Source of the DNA: Peptococcaceae bacterium
Lineage (GTDB): Bacteria > Bacillota > Desulfitobacteriia > Desulfitobacteriales > Syntrophobotulaceae
Length of the DNA: 64,000 bases
Reading direction: 5' to 3'
Assembly (NCBI GenBank): GCA_009778595.1
Contig: WRJI01000003.1
Coordinates: 6,308 to 70,307, forward strand
In this document: in pieces, positions 9,964 to 18,798 of the stretch
Layout: every line of letters starts with the position of its first letter
Position numbering within the stretch: the stretch's first letter is position 1
Program-made: the position numbers and the translations under genes
The notes under the pieces: model-generated
Told to the model about the DNA's origin: nothing
Seen by the model: only the letters and a program-made list of their open reading frames with translations
Database searches by the model: none

Positions 9964-10258
9964 CCACTAGCTTGATTTCCGCCGTGCTCTCGGCGAAGCG
10001 GTCAGCGTCTTTGATGTCAAAACCCCGTCCCCCGTAAACGATTCGGTAAGATTCTGTGTTGAAGAGAATTTTTTCCACCGCTAAGCAGTAACGGAGTCTG
10101 AATTCGTATGTGGATCTACTGATGTTGGTGCCGGCGTCAAAATATTCCCCTCCAGCCGTCTTATTGATGTTAGCGCGGGGCCGGCAGTAATCACTCCATC
10201 GCTCCGTCGAGCTATCAAGCTGCTGTATCAGTATCGGCGTGTTATAGCTGGCCATCAC
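9929..10258 (-). CDS. Head closure / head-tail adaptor protein
   Basis: 109 aa. W..Y....ANI......EY......STYEFRLRY is the Phage_H_T_join-like pattern. Confidence 0.65.
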   Translation of the reverse strand: MMASYNTPILIQQLDSSTERWSDYCRPRANINKTAGGEYFDAGTNISRSTYEFRLRYCLAVEKILFNTESYRIVYGGRGFDIKDADRFAESTAEIKLVGEYNGATRIDQ

Positions 10259-10530
10259 TCTGTCCTCGCTTCACACTGCAACTGCATGAGGAAGTCTGTT
10301 CGCAACCTTTCGATTGCCCTCGACTCCTTCACGCTGTAGCTATCGCGGTCGTAGAGGTCTTCGATAACGAAGAGGGCGAGTTGCTTCGCCCTCTCGTCGT
10401 CATCGTCGTATTCTCCGATAGCTCCGCGAAGCCAGCGCTCCGCCACTTCTATTAGCCGCATGATCCTACTGTCGGAGTCGTGATATGTGACCCCGAGGTG
10501 GTCCTTAACTTCTAAGATATCAACGACCAC
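10255..10530 (-). CDS. gp6-like head-tail connector protein
   Basis: Trimmed to GTG 10530, which has GGAGGTGG 9 nt upstream. The track start at 10587 would overlap the capsid gene. ILEVKDHLGVTYHDSDSRIMRLIEVAERWL is gp6-like. Confidence 0.6.
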   Translation of the reverse strand: MVVDILEVKDHLGVTYHDSDSRIMRLIEVAERWLRGAIGEYDDDDERAKQLALFVIEDLYDRDSYSVKESRAIERLRTDFLMQLQCEARTE

Positions 10531-10555
10531 AGGAATCCACCTCCGTTCCTTAGGC

Positions 10556-11734
10556 TTAGGGCACGATGGCCCCTGCGCTGGTATCAATGAAGCCGTTTAC
10601 GAAAGCATTGCTATCCCTTACCACAACATCCTCACGCTCAATGCCGCGCATCAAGACAAGGTCTTCCTCAAATGCGTTAAAGGTACCCGCCGCCGCGACA
10701 TTGGAGGGCATCACAGTGAGTCGCTTGCGGTCATAGAATTTGATTCCCTCGGTTAAGTCCCCAACGATGAATGGGACTTTATCTGAATCCGTCGGTAAAT
10801 CGTTGTTGGGAATAACCCTTACCGGGATCTTCCTTGCGCCAACGGGGAACATCAGCTGCATCGGATCGATAGGACTTGGCTGTAGTAAATAGGCCCCGAC
10901 ATCATCCTTAAGGGTGTCCAGGTAGTGCAAGCCGTCGTCATTGGTCACGATCCTGGATGTCGGCGCAAAGGCCTGCCCCAGCGTCACATTGACAGCTTTC
11001 TTGATGTCATCAAGTCCGAGAAATTCCGTCGCGGTTTTTGTTGCGATAGCTTCCAGAATAAGCTTGTTCCGGGTTACGCGAGATTCACCGCCGAGCCATT
11101 CCACAAGTAGCTGCAAAATAGCGGCGTCGCTGTCATCGACAAGTTCGTTTGTTACCGGCAGGAACCCGGCATATTTCTTGATAACATATTTGATTTGTGT
11201 GAATTTCGGAGTCGCCTGCTCCGGGATCTTGTCGCCTTCTCCAACCAAGGTAAACCCGGTCTGCTGAGCCCTTGCTTTATAGGTTCTCGATCCGGACATC
11301 GTTGTCACGGTCTCGGTGCTGACCAGTTGCTGCAGGTGGAACGTCGCATCCCGGAATTCCTCTACCTTCGTCGAGATGTCTTCCGGCACGGTATATCCTC
11401 CGTCCGGCTTGGATCCCTCAGTCATTTCGTCGACAACCTGCACAGGGATCATCCCCTGGGCGATCGCGTTAATCCCGTTTCTGAGGAACCCGACAAACTT
11501 TGCTGTGGCATCTTTCTCGGTTTTCTGCTTGACCTTATCGTCAATAACAGCGCTCTTTTCCTCTTTGAAAAGCCGTTCAGCAATCGCATACTCTTTTTCA
11601 AGAGCATCAATTTCGTCAAGTTTGGCCTCTGTCTGATCTAGGTTCTTGTTGTCATAGAGGACGTTTGCCTCTTTGTTCAGGCCTTCAATCTGCCCTCTGA
11701 GTTCTCGCATTCTCTTGTTCATTTTTTCGTGCAC
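10556..11734 (-). CDS. Major capsid protein, HK97 family, with N-terminal coiled-coil delta domain
   Basis: 392 aa, directly after the ClpP-like protease. The coiled-coil N-terminus is followed by an HK97-fold-like body. Confidence 0.9.
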   Translation of the reverse strand: MHEKMNKRMRELRGQIEGLNKEANVLYDNKNLDQTEAKLDEIDALEKEYAIAERLFKEEKSAVIDDKVKQKTEKDATAKFVGFLRNGINAIAQGMIPVQVVDEMTEGSKPDGGYTVPEDISTKVEEFRDATFHLQQLVSTETVTTMSGSRTYKARAQQTGFTLVGEGDKIPEQATPKFTQIKYVIKKYAGFLPVTNELVDDSDAAILQLLVEWLGGESRVTRNKLILEAIATKTATEFLGLDDIKKAVNVTLGQAFAPTSRIVTNDDGLHYLDTLKDDVGAYLLQPSPIDPMQLMFPVGARKIPVRVIPNNDLPTDSDKVPFIVGDLTEGIKFYDRKRLTVMPSNVAAAGTFNAFEEDLVLMRGIEREDVVVRDSNAFVNGFIDTSAGAIVP

Positions 11735-12534
11735 TCCTTTATTTTTTTTGCCAGGATTGATTCCCGGATTCCCTCAAGCCTTGCCCTGATCGCTGCTTCA
11801 GTCTCTGCTGCTCCAGTATCAGGCTGCTCCGTCAGGGACGCCTCTGGTTCTGGCTTGCAGGCAGTGGCAAGGTCGATCCCTCCCGGCAGGACAGCCTCCG
11901 GGAACTGCCTCATGTATCCCGTCATAATCCCGTCCATGACAGTCGCCTGTATACTGGCAACCGCCAGCTTCTCCCCTCTGAGCAGGGTCACATGGAAGTG
12001 CTCGTTCATATTGTCAGCATTTAGCCACGTTTCAGCGTCAATCTTGTCAGCAATTTTCTCTTGGGGCGATTTGGCCTTGCCCATATACAGGGGCATCATC
12101 ACACTGTCCTCAATTTTGTCCAGGGATGCAACGTCCCTTCGCAGGTCATTGGCATTCCCGAAGCTCCATGTCATGGGCTTGTGGACTAAGACCATGCTAT
12201 TCTTGTATAGCCTAATCTCATCCGCGACCATCATTAAAAAGCTGGCGGCGCTTGCGCTGATCCCATCCACGTAAGCAATGACTTTTATCCCCTTCCCCTT
12301 TACTCTCTCCAGCATGCTCACCATGGTAGAAGCCGCAAAAACGTCGCCCCCCGGACTGTTGATGAGGATGTTCAGGGTTTTCAAGTCCTTGCTCAGACCC
12401 TCTAAATCTTTTTGGAAGTCTGCTGGCGACTTATCGTCTTTTCTGCTGTATCCTCCACGGCTAAAAATAATCGCGCCGTAAATGTACAGATCTGCTGTTT
12501 CCTCTGTTGCGTTTTTAAACTCATAAAAACTCAT
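11719..12534 (-). CDS. Prohead maturation protease, ClpP/S14-like
   Basis: NSPGGDVFAAS ... GISASAASFLMM serine protease motifs. It lies between the portal and capsid genes. Confidence 0.85.
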   Translation of the reverse strand: MSFYEFKNATEETADLYIYGAIIFSRGGYSRKDDKSPADFQKDLEGLSKDLKTLNILINSPGGDVFAASTMVSMLERVKGKGIKVIAYVDGISASAASFLMMVADEIRLYKNSMVLVHKPMTWSFGNANDLRRDVASLDKIEDSVMMPLYMGKAKSPQEKIADKIDAETWLNADNMNEHFHVTLLRGEKLAVASIQATVMDGIMTGYMRQFPEAVLPGGIDLATACKPEPEASLTEQPDTGAAETEAAIRARLEGIRESILAKKIKECTKK

Positions 12535-13841
12535 GCTACCTTCTCACCACCTTTCGCCACGCTTGTGTCTGTGCTTGGATCCGCCAGCGTGCTCCATTGA
12601 GTCCCGACCTGCTCTATCCTGATCGTTGATCCGTTGCCCACAAGAGTATCTCCGCCCGGCACGGCCTCAAGATCAAGATGTTCCCGGGCCTCGTTTGGCA
12701 TATATAAAAACGACGATATCCCTTTTGTGAGTGTGTCGACTTGGGTCTTGAGATCAGCCCTGAGCAGGGCGCCGACGTTAAACTTGAAAAAGTACCCCGC
12801 CGCCAGATCCTTATCAGAGAGAAGCTTATAATTCAACTCCTCTTCGTACTGGCCTATAATCACCATAAGCGTATCCACCAAAAAAGCGAGGTTTTGATTC
12901 TCGCTTGAGGCGTAAGAAGATTTTGAATAATCGTTGATCTGTACCGGCTTAATACCGAAGGCAGACGCGATCTGCAGCGCAGAATATTTTTTTAACTCAA
13001 GAAATTGGTTGTCTCCCAAGCTTGTATTCAGAGGCGTGAATGTGCTGCCCACCGGGATCGGTATGATCCCTTTTCCTGCCGTTACATCTCCCTTTGCATA
13101 TCGCTCAATATTCTTCAAGAAGCTTTTAACATTCTCGTCGCTAAGGCTACCGGTGTGTTGCACCACGGCCTTTGCCATGAAGCCGGATTCATACATAGCA
13201 TTCTGGAGCTTCTGCGCCTTCTGGTTTCCCGTGATTGTAGATTGTAGAATCTGCCTCACCGGGATCCCCTCAATACCGTCCGAGATGGTGGATTTTAGGT
13301 GTATGACCTCTTCGCTCGAAAATTTATATGACTTTGTGCCGATCTGGTAAATGTACCAGATGTCAGGCACCTCGCTCAGGAGCATGGCATCGTCGTAATA
13401 GATCGTTACCTTGTCGGCATCCAATGGAATAAGCTGCATCTTGTCGCCATATCCGTCGATATAGGCAAATGCGTTGCCGTTATGATTCCGCTGGTATTCC
13501 ATGACTGACTTCCACGTCGTTGATGTCATGTGTCGGTTGGGGCGGTTCCGTAAGATATTGTAAAGTGGGTGTCGCGTGGCTTCTTTTACGCCTTTTTTGG
13601 GCGTCTTTTTCATAAGCTTGAGCGGAAGCTTTCCGATCGCCTCAGACAAGAGCTTCAGACAGGTAAAGTAAGTTACTTCGGACCGGATGTCCCTGTCCGT
13701 ATGTTTATCGATCCCAAGGAATTCAGCCAGCTTGTACCACTCTTCGAGCTCAGGCCGCTTGACCTTATTCACGACCTTTTGCCAAGCTTTATTTACAATA
13801 TCAGTCAGACGCACCCGTCTCACCCCATCCCATGATTTCAA
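12531..13841 (-). CDS. Portal protein, HK97 family
   Basis: 436 aa, between the large terminase and the protease. Confidence 0.9.
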   Translation of the reverse strand: MKSWDGVRRVRLTDIVNKAWQKVVNKVKRPELEEWYKLAEFLGIDKHTDRDIRSEVTYFTCLKLLSEAIGKLPLKLMKKTPKKGVKEATRHPLYNILRNRPNRHMTSTTWKSVMEYQRNHNGNAFAYIDGYGDKMQLIPLDADKVTIYYDDAMLLSEVPDIWYIYQIGTKSYKFSSEEVIHLKSTISDGIEGIPVRQILQSTITGNQKAQKLQNAMYESGFMAKAVVQHTGSLSDENVKSFLKNIERYAKGDVTAGKGIIPIPVGSTFTPLNTSLGDNQFLELKKYSALQIASAFGIKPVQINDYSKSSYASSENQNLAFLVDTLMVIIGQYEEELNYKLLSDKDLAAGYFFKFNVGALLRADLKTQVDTLTKGISSFLYMPNEAREHLDLEAVPGGDTLVGNGSTIRIEQVGTQWSTLADPSTDTSVAKGGEKVA

Positions 13842-15546
13842 GATATTTTTTAAGCTCTTCTTCTACGTCGACGCCGGCATCGAATTTCATATAGGCGACA
13901 TGGGCGTCAATCACCGCGTCGACCGGGTCGATACGCTTGCTTCGTGCTTTCGGTTCTTTATCAACCTTGATCTCCCCGAAGCTGTTGGCAACCACTTTGG
14001 CATTGGTCATGCTCCAAGTTAATAGCTCATTCCCCCGGTTATACTCGACGCTTCCCGACTTGATGTTCAAGCGCATGTCGACCGTAGCGTCATTCAAAAA
14101 CCTTGCACTCTGGGTTACTTCCAGAAGCGGGAACCCCAAATCTTCAAGATCACTTAAAAAGCCGTCGGCGTTGTGGGGGTCGTACCCTATCGCTTTCGGC
14201 TTCAGGTCGTATTCTTCTATGATTTTTTTCAGATGGGCGACAATAAATTTATAGTCGTTCTTGTATTCGTGTATCCCGCCAGTAACAGTAATCAGCTCGG
14301 ATTGCTCCCAAATGTCATACGGGGCGATGTCCGTTTCGATGTGTTCTTGCAGCCGGCCCCGAGGCATAAAAGAGTGAGAGTACAAATAGAATTTTCCGTC
14401 GAGCGGGAATGTCAAGGCGATGCTGGTCAGGTCGCCACCGCTTGACAAGTCGATGCCGATATAGCATGGGCGACCGCGCATATCATCAAGGGCTCTTTCA
14501 CTGGCGCAGGCTTTCCAGTCTTCTGTTTTTTCGATAAAGCTTGTGCTTGCGTCCCTCGCCCAGAGATTCATGGCCTTGGTTAGATAATCACGGAGCTCGC
14601 CACCGCCCATATCTTTTGCTGTTTGGGCGTCTTGTCTGAGTGTTTTCAGTCCGTGATCCGTGCGGGCCAAGTGCGGGTTCGCTTTAACGAAATTGCACTC
14701 GTCGAAGTAATCGTCACCCTTGTCAAGACAGTGAATATCGACGAAAAAGTCATCCGCCGTCACGGCACCTTCAAGGATTTTCACCGCATAGGAATCAATC
14801 TCGTAGCTAAAACTTGTCGGGCTTTGGTCGAACCCACGCGTGGTGATCATGCTCAGAAGGGTTTCCTTGAGTGATCGCGTTCCGTTATATAAAGACTTAT
14901 AAATATAATTTGTCTTTTGCTGTTGGACTTCGTCGAGTGATGTGTAGATCGACCGGAAACCATCATCGAGCCCGGCTTCTCGGGAGAGGGCTTCAATTGT
15001 GGATAGTGTTTCCAAGCAGACGATCACTGACTTATAGTCTTTGACCTCAAAGAGTTCGCTTAGGTCGTCATCTATCTGGATAAACTTAGACATCTCTTCC
15101 CAGGCAATCCGGGCCTGCCTTTTCTTTGTCGCAACGGTAAAGAGTTTCCCATAATTGTACCCGCAAAAATTTCCGATGTAGGTTCCCATAATCCCGTTTG
15201 TCATGGACTTCCCGTTCTGCCGCGCCATCGAAATATAAGAGCGCCGGAAGCGCCGGAAGCCATCAAGGGTTTTCCACCCCATTCTCCCGCCGAATTGGAG
15301 CATTTGGAACCCGTACAACCTAATCGGTCGCGGCTCTGTTCCCTCGGCAATGGTCAGGGTTTCAGCATACTCGATAACTCTTTCTGACGCCGCGATATCC
15401 CAGTAGTAAGGGAACCCGGCCGTTTTCTGCCGGCGCAAGTCTTCCAGGTGTCTTTCGCACGCTAGGATATGCAAGCGGCCGGCGGTTATTTTTCCGTCAG
15501 CCACCATTTGAGCGTATTCGGTTACGTGGTCATCCATAAGGATCAC
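13801..15546 (-). CDS. Terminase large subunit
   Basis: 581 aa, with a Walker A-like MARQNGKS and a C-terminal nuclease-like region. It overlaps terS by 4 nt. Confidence 0.9.
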   Translation of the reverse strand: MILMDDHVTEYAQMVADGKITAGRLHILACERHLEDLRRQKTAGFPYYWDIAASERVIEYAETLTIAEGTEPRPIRLYGFQMLQFGGRMGWKTLDGFRRFRRSYISMARQNGKSMTNGIMGTYIGNFCGYNYGKLFTVATKKRQARIAWEEMSKFIQIDDDLSELFEVKDYKSVIVCLETLSTIEALSREAGLDDGFRSIYTSLDEVQQQKTNYIYKSLYNGTRSLKETLLSMITTRGFDQSPTSFSYEIDSYAVKILEGAVTADDFFVDIHCLDKGDDYFDECNFVKANPHLARTDHGLKTLRQDAQTAKDMGGGELRDYLTKAMNLWARDASTSFIEKTEDWKACASERALDDMRGRPCYIGIDLSSGGDLTSIALTFPLDGKFYLYSHSFMPRGRLQEHIETDIAPYDIWEQSELITVTGGIHEYKNDYKFIVAHLKKIIEEYDLKPKAIGYDPHNADGFLSDLEDLGFPLLEVTQSARFLNDATVDMRLNIKSGSVEYNRGNELLTWSMTNAKVVANSFGEIKVDKEPKARSKRIDPVDAVIDAHVAYMKFDAGVDVEEELKKYLEIMGWGETGASD

Positions 15547-16019
15547 CCCGATGAACTGAATTTACTGAATTTATTTTTCGGTGGATCCGGAACTTTTGCA
15601 GAGACAAGACGGCAGCGTGCCGCTGCCGTGAGGCCAAGGTCGGCAGCAGAAGAGCGCACCTGCTTGAAGGCCCTGTCTTGGAGGGCTGAAAGCTTATTCA
15701 GGGAGTCGAGGTCAAGGAACTTCCCTGTCCTCATAAGCCTATCAAGTGCCCTGCTTGCTTTTTGATATGACTCTTTCGCCAGAAGATACCGCGCGAGTGC
15801 TTCCTCGTCGAGCTCGGTCATGATGCCGCAGGCCAGGAGCTTGTTAGCAAGCTCGCCGAACTCCCCGCGGAGCCGCTTCGGCAAAGTCTTCGGCGGCGCG
15901 ACATCGACAAAAGGAACGCTTATTTCCTCACGTTCCCTTCGTGCGATTTCCGCTTTTGACATATGCGACACGCCCTTGCTTGCTACCAAGGCAATCGGCT
16001 GTTTGTTATTGCTTGACAT
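15543..16019 (-). CDS. Terminase small subunit (P27-like)
   Basis: 158 aa, immediately upstream of terL. It has a basic N-terminus followed by a helical body. Confidence 0.75.
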   Translation of the reverse strand: MSSNNKQPIALVASKGVSHMSKAEIARREREEISVPFVDVAPPKTLPKRLRGEFGELANKLLACGIMTELDEEALARYLLAKESYQKASRALDRLMRTGKFLDLDSLNKLSALQDRAFKQVRSSAADLGLTAAARCRLVSAKVPDPPKNKFSKFSSSG

Positions 16020-16104
16020 TTGGCCACCTCCTGACTTCTAACTCGGCGTTTGGTGCAAAAAACCCCCCGCGCCGTTCCCCCTTAGGGGCTTTGTACTTTT
16101 TGGA

Positions 16105-16383
16105 TCACCCTCGGTCATCTGGCTCGGTAACCTGAGCGGTGATTTTATTTTTGCTTTTCTCCGGCTGTTTTCCCTCTACACTTCTTTTTGTTTCGGCTTT
16201 TCCAGGTTCTTGCGCTGGCGTATCATTTTCGTCTAATTCGACAACTTTTTTGCCTTTGTACGTCGCGCTCATGATCTCTCCGGCTCTCTCTGCGTCAACC
16301 TCAAATACCTCGCCAGCCCTTAGGGTCCGCCGCTCCTTGCCTAACGTCAGCGTCGGTTCTGCAGTAACTTTCAACTTGATCAT
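16105..16383 (-). CDS. Hypothetical phage protein
   Basis: Trimmed to ATG 16383 (MIKLKVTAEP...), which follows AGGGAAGGGG. It overlaps the 3-prime end of the HNH ORF by ~80 nt. Confidence 0.4.
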   Translation of the reverse strand: MIKLKVTAEPTLTLGKERRTLRAGEVFEVDAERAGEIMSATYKGKKVVELDENDTPAQEPGKAETKRSVEGKQPEKSKNKITAQVTEPDDRG

Positions 16384-16756
16384 CTTGATACCCCTTCCCT
16401 CTGAGGAACCTCCCATGTGCCCTATCATGGCAGGCATGGCATAGGCCCTCAAGATTTGTATAATCGAATCGCCTGCTCCAGGCTTCCGTGATCGGTACCT
16501 TATGATGAGCCTCCACCGCTATAGCCCCGCACCCGCATCGGTACCCCGCATCTTGCAGCACCCTAGCCTGGAGGACTTGCCACCCCTGAGAATTGTAAAA
16601 ACTCTTTAGACGCTTATCTCGCCCCCGGTTATACCTGCTCATCCTCTGCTCCTTTAGCTGCTGGTCCTGCGCGGCCATGATCGGCTGGCAAACATCGCAG
16701 TACTTGACAGGATAAGGGACTGGCTTCTTGCATCTGCCGCAAAGCTTCAAAATCAT
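16301..16756 (-). CDS. HNH endonuclease (packaging-associated)
   Basis: CGRCKK..CDVC zinc knuckle, then CGC....EAHH......NL..LCHACHDRAH. Start trimmed to ATG 16756, which has an AAAGGGGA RBS. Confidence 0.8.
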   Translation of the reverse strand: MILKLCGRCKKPVPYPVKYCDVCQPIMAAQDQQLKEQRMSRYNRGRDKRLKSFYNSQGWQVLQARVLQDAGYRCGCGAIAVEAHHKVPITEAWSRRFDYTNLEGLCHACHDRAHGRFLRGKGYQDDQVESYCRTDADVRQGAADPKGWRGI

Positions 16757-16794
16757 CTCAATCCCCTTTTCCAATAATTACAAGTATCAGATCA

Positions 16795-16823
16795 TTGACA
16801 ACACGTGTTAAAGCGTATATAAT
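16795..16823 (+). promoter_or_regulatory. Consensus sigma-A promoter of the hicAB moron (TTGACA-17-TATAAT), with palindrome ACACGTGT in the spacer
   Basis: TTGACA at 16795-16800, TATAAT at 16818-16823, ACACGTGT at 16801-16808. AGGAGG follows at 16830-16835. Confidence 0.6.
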
Positions 16824-16843
16824 ATATTTAGGAGGTGAGGGAA

Positions 16844-17026
16844 TTGACGGCCAAGGAGCTGAAGCGGAAGCTTAAGGCCGCAGGATGGAAGCTAACTGAA
16901 GGCGGATCACACACCATCGCCATCCATCCAAACAAGCCGGGAGTACAGATTCCAATCACTCGCGGCTCCGGGGAAATCCCGACAGGAACCCTGCACCAAA
17001 TCCTGAAAGACGCGGGACTGAAATAA
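16844..17026 (+). CDS. hicA: HicA mRNA interferase toxin
   Basis: TAKELKRKLKAAGWKLTEGGSHTIAIHP...IPTGTLHQILKDAGLK is the YcfA/HicA pattern with GSH. A TTG start at 16844 lies 8 nt after AGGAGG. The track start is GTG 16835. Confidence 0.85.
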   Translation: MTAKELKRKLKAAGWKLTEGGSHTIAIHPNKPGVQIPITRGSGEIPTGTLHQILKDAGLK

Positions 17027-17070
17027 ATCCCGCGTCTTCGGGCGAAAGCAAAAGAAAGCGAGGAAGTCTT

Positions 17071-17457
17071 ATGAGGTACGTATATCCAGCCATACTTTAT
17101 CCCGATGATGATAAGATTGGCGTGAAGGTTCCTGATCTTCCGGGGTGCTACACTTTCGGCGACGATAATGCCGACGCCTTGATTATGGCCAAGGACGCCG
17201 TTGAAATGTGGCTATGGAGCGCAGAGGAAAACAAAAGCCCCATTCCCGGGGCATCGCCCACCTTGCCATATGGACATGGCGAGACATTTACTTTGATTGT
17301 TGCCGATACCGACCAATGGAGAAGGGCCCATGATAAGAAATCTGTGAAGAAAACATTGACCATCCCCGCCTGGTTAAATCATCAAGCAGAGAAGGCCAAC
17401 GCCCCATTCTCACAGATTCTTCAGCAAGGCTTAAAAGACTACCTTCAGATCGACTGA
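17071..17457 (+). CDS. hicB: HicB antitoxin (HicB fold plus C-terminal RHH-like tail)
   Basis: YPAILYPDDDKIGVKVPDLPGCYTFGDDNADALIMAKDAVEMWL is characteristic. It follows hicA by 44 nt. Confidence 0.85.
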   Translation: MRYVYPAILYPDDDKIGVKVPDLPGCYTFGDDNADALIMAKDAVEMWLWSAEENKSPIPGASPTLPYGHGETFTLIVADTDQWRRAHDKKSVKKTLTIPAWLNHQAEKANAPFSQILQQGLKDYLQID

Positions 17458-17470
17458 GACAAAGCCAAAA

Positions 17471-17509
17471 CCGAAAACCTCCAGAATGGTCAGCTCTGGA
17501 GGTTTTCGG
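17471..17509. terminator. Bidirectional stem-loop between convergent hicB and the late-regulator gene
   Basis: CCGAAAACCTCCAGA-N9-TCTGGAGGTTTTCGG, a 15-bp perfect stem. Confidence 0.7.
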
Positions 17510-17561
17510 CCTAAGGGAGAAAAGAGATGATTCACTTTACACTATATCACAGAAAAGTGTA

Positions 17562-17972
17562 TCATAGTGTATCATCTTTTCCGGCGGCGATCAGCGCCGC
17601 ATTATGGATGCGGTGGACGGTCGGCCACGATACCGATAGTCTTACGCATATCAGCTCCCACGTCAGCTGCTCAATATATCTATACCGCATAAGCCGCCGA
17701 TGCTCCGGATCCCTCAGGTCGGCAATGGCTGCCTCAATCTCCCGCTGTTTTTCTATCAGCTCATCCCACTTCCGGGCGTGCTCCCGCTCCATGTCCACCA
17801 GCTTGATAACGATTTCCGCCATGGAATCTTTGACATGACCGCCGCCCCGCGTATACCTCCAGCGCGTAGGCTGTGGACTTTCGGCTTGGGTTCGGAGCTG
17901 CATCATTTGGCTCTCAAGCTGCTCAATCTCCCTGCTTATATATCGGTATTGTCTAAACTCGGCTTTAGTCAT
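17562..17972 (-). CDS. Phage late-gene transcriptional regulator (sigma-70 region-4-like HTH; RinA/ArpU/DUF1492 class)
   Basis: 136 aa. C-terminal RRLMRYRYIEQLTWELICVRLSVSWPTVHRIHNAAL is HTH-like. It is the last gene of the early/replication block, before packaging. Confidence 0.55.
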   Translation of the reverse strand: MTKAEFRQYRYISREIEQLESQMMQLRTQAESPQPTRWRYTRGGGHVKDSMAEIVIKLVDMEREHARKWDELIEKQREIEAAIADLRDPEHRRLMRYRYIEQLTWELICVRLSVSWPTVHRIHNAALIAAGKDDTL

Positions 17973-18050
17973 GGCCGTCGCCGTCCTTCGCCATCCCCAA
18001 ACTGGACAAATAGATCCTTGTCAGCCAAATCAAACTTTGTTGGCATAGTA

Positions 18051-18779
18051 TCACGCTCCTGTTCGCATGTCTTGGCCTGGATAAACAGCCATAACAAATG
18101 GTTTTGCCCGCTCAATTATCCTGCCGCCAAGGCCTTTATCGAGCTCGCATATGTCATCCGTGCTGCGCTCACTTGATAATATCGTGATCGCCGCCGGATT
18201 GTTATATCGGGCGTTTACAATTTCAAACCCGATCTTGATCTCGGCGGCAGTGGGTTTTTCCCCCGCGGTCGTCTTAAGGAAATCGTCAACATAGAGAACC
18301 GGCACGTTTTTAAACTCGCGTATGATCATGTCGTATTCAGGGTCATTGCCAATCCTTTTCAGGCGCCCAACCTCGTCTCCCCAGATCATATACTTGGCCT
18401 GATAACCAAGCTTCAGGAATTCTCCAACCATCGACGTGCAAAGATGCGTCTTCCCGGTGCCTGGCGATCCACCGACGTAGAACCATTTTTTCTTCGCCTT
18501 GTCGAAGTCTTTCAGGTATTGCGTTGATGTCTTTTTCATCAGCGATTGCCATGGTTTTTCGGCCCGGAAAGTCTCTTGTGTCTGCTCGTCAAGTTTATCC
18601 GCTAGCCCGGTTTCGCTGACAGCTCTGCTCATTCTCCGCTTATCCATGCATTCACAACGCACAGCATGGAGATCGCCGTCAGGCTTTTCGTAGACGATGA
18701 TTCCACGGTTTCCGCAAATGCCGCAATCATATCCGCCAAAAGCAACGTCACGCGCCAGGCTTACCAATCCAGCCATCAT
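18051..18779 (-). CDS. DnaC/IstB-like AAA+ helicase loader
   Basis: Walker A GGSPGTGKTH and Walker B VLYVDDF, with an N-terminal Cys-rich knuckle. Confidence 0.8.
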   Translation of the reverse strand: MMAGLVSLARDVAFGGYDCGICGNRGIIVYEKPDGDLHAVRCECMDKRRMSRAVSETGLADKLDEQTQETFRAEKPWQSLMKKTSTQYLKDFDKAKKKWFYVGGSPGTGKTHLCTSMVGEFLKLGYQAKYMIWGDEVGRLKRIGNDPEYDMIIREFKNVPVLYVDDFLKTTAGEKPTAAEIKIGFEIVNARYNNPAAITILSSERSTDDICELDKGLGGRIIERAKPFVMAVYPGQDMRTGA

Positions 18780-18798
18780 GGCTCAACTCCTTTCTGCC

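Noticed and set aside
16384-16452. Longer start (16452) for the small ORF after HNH.
   Set aside because: It would deepen the overlap with the HNH gene to 150 nt. An internal ATG at 16383 has a purine-rich RBS.
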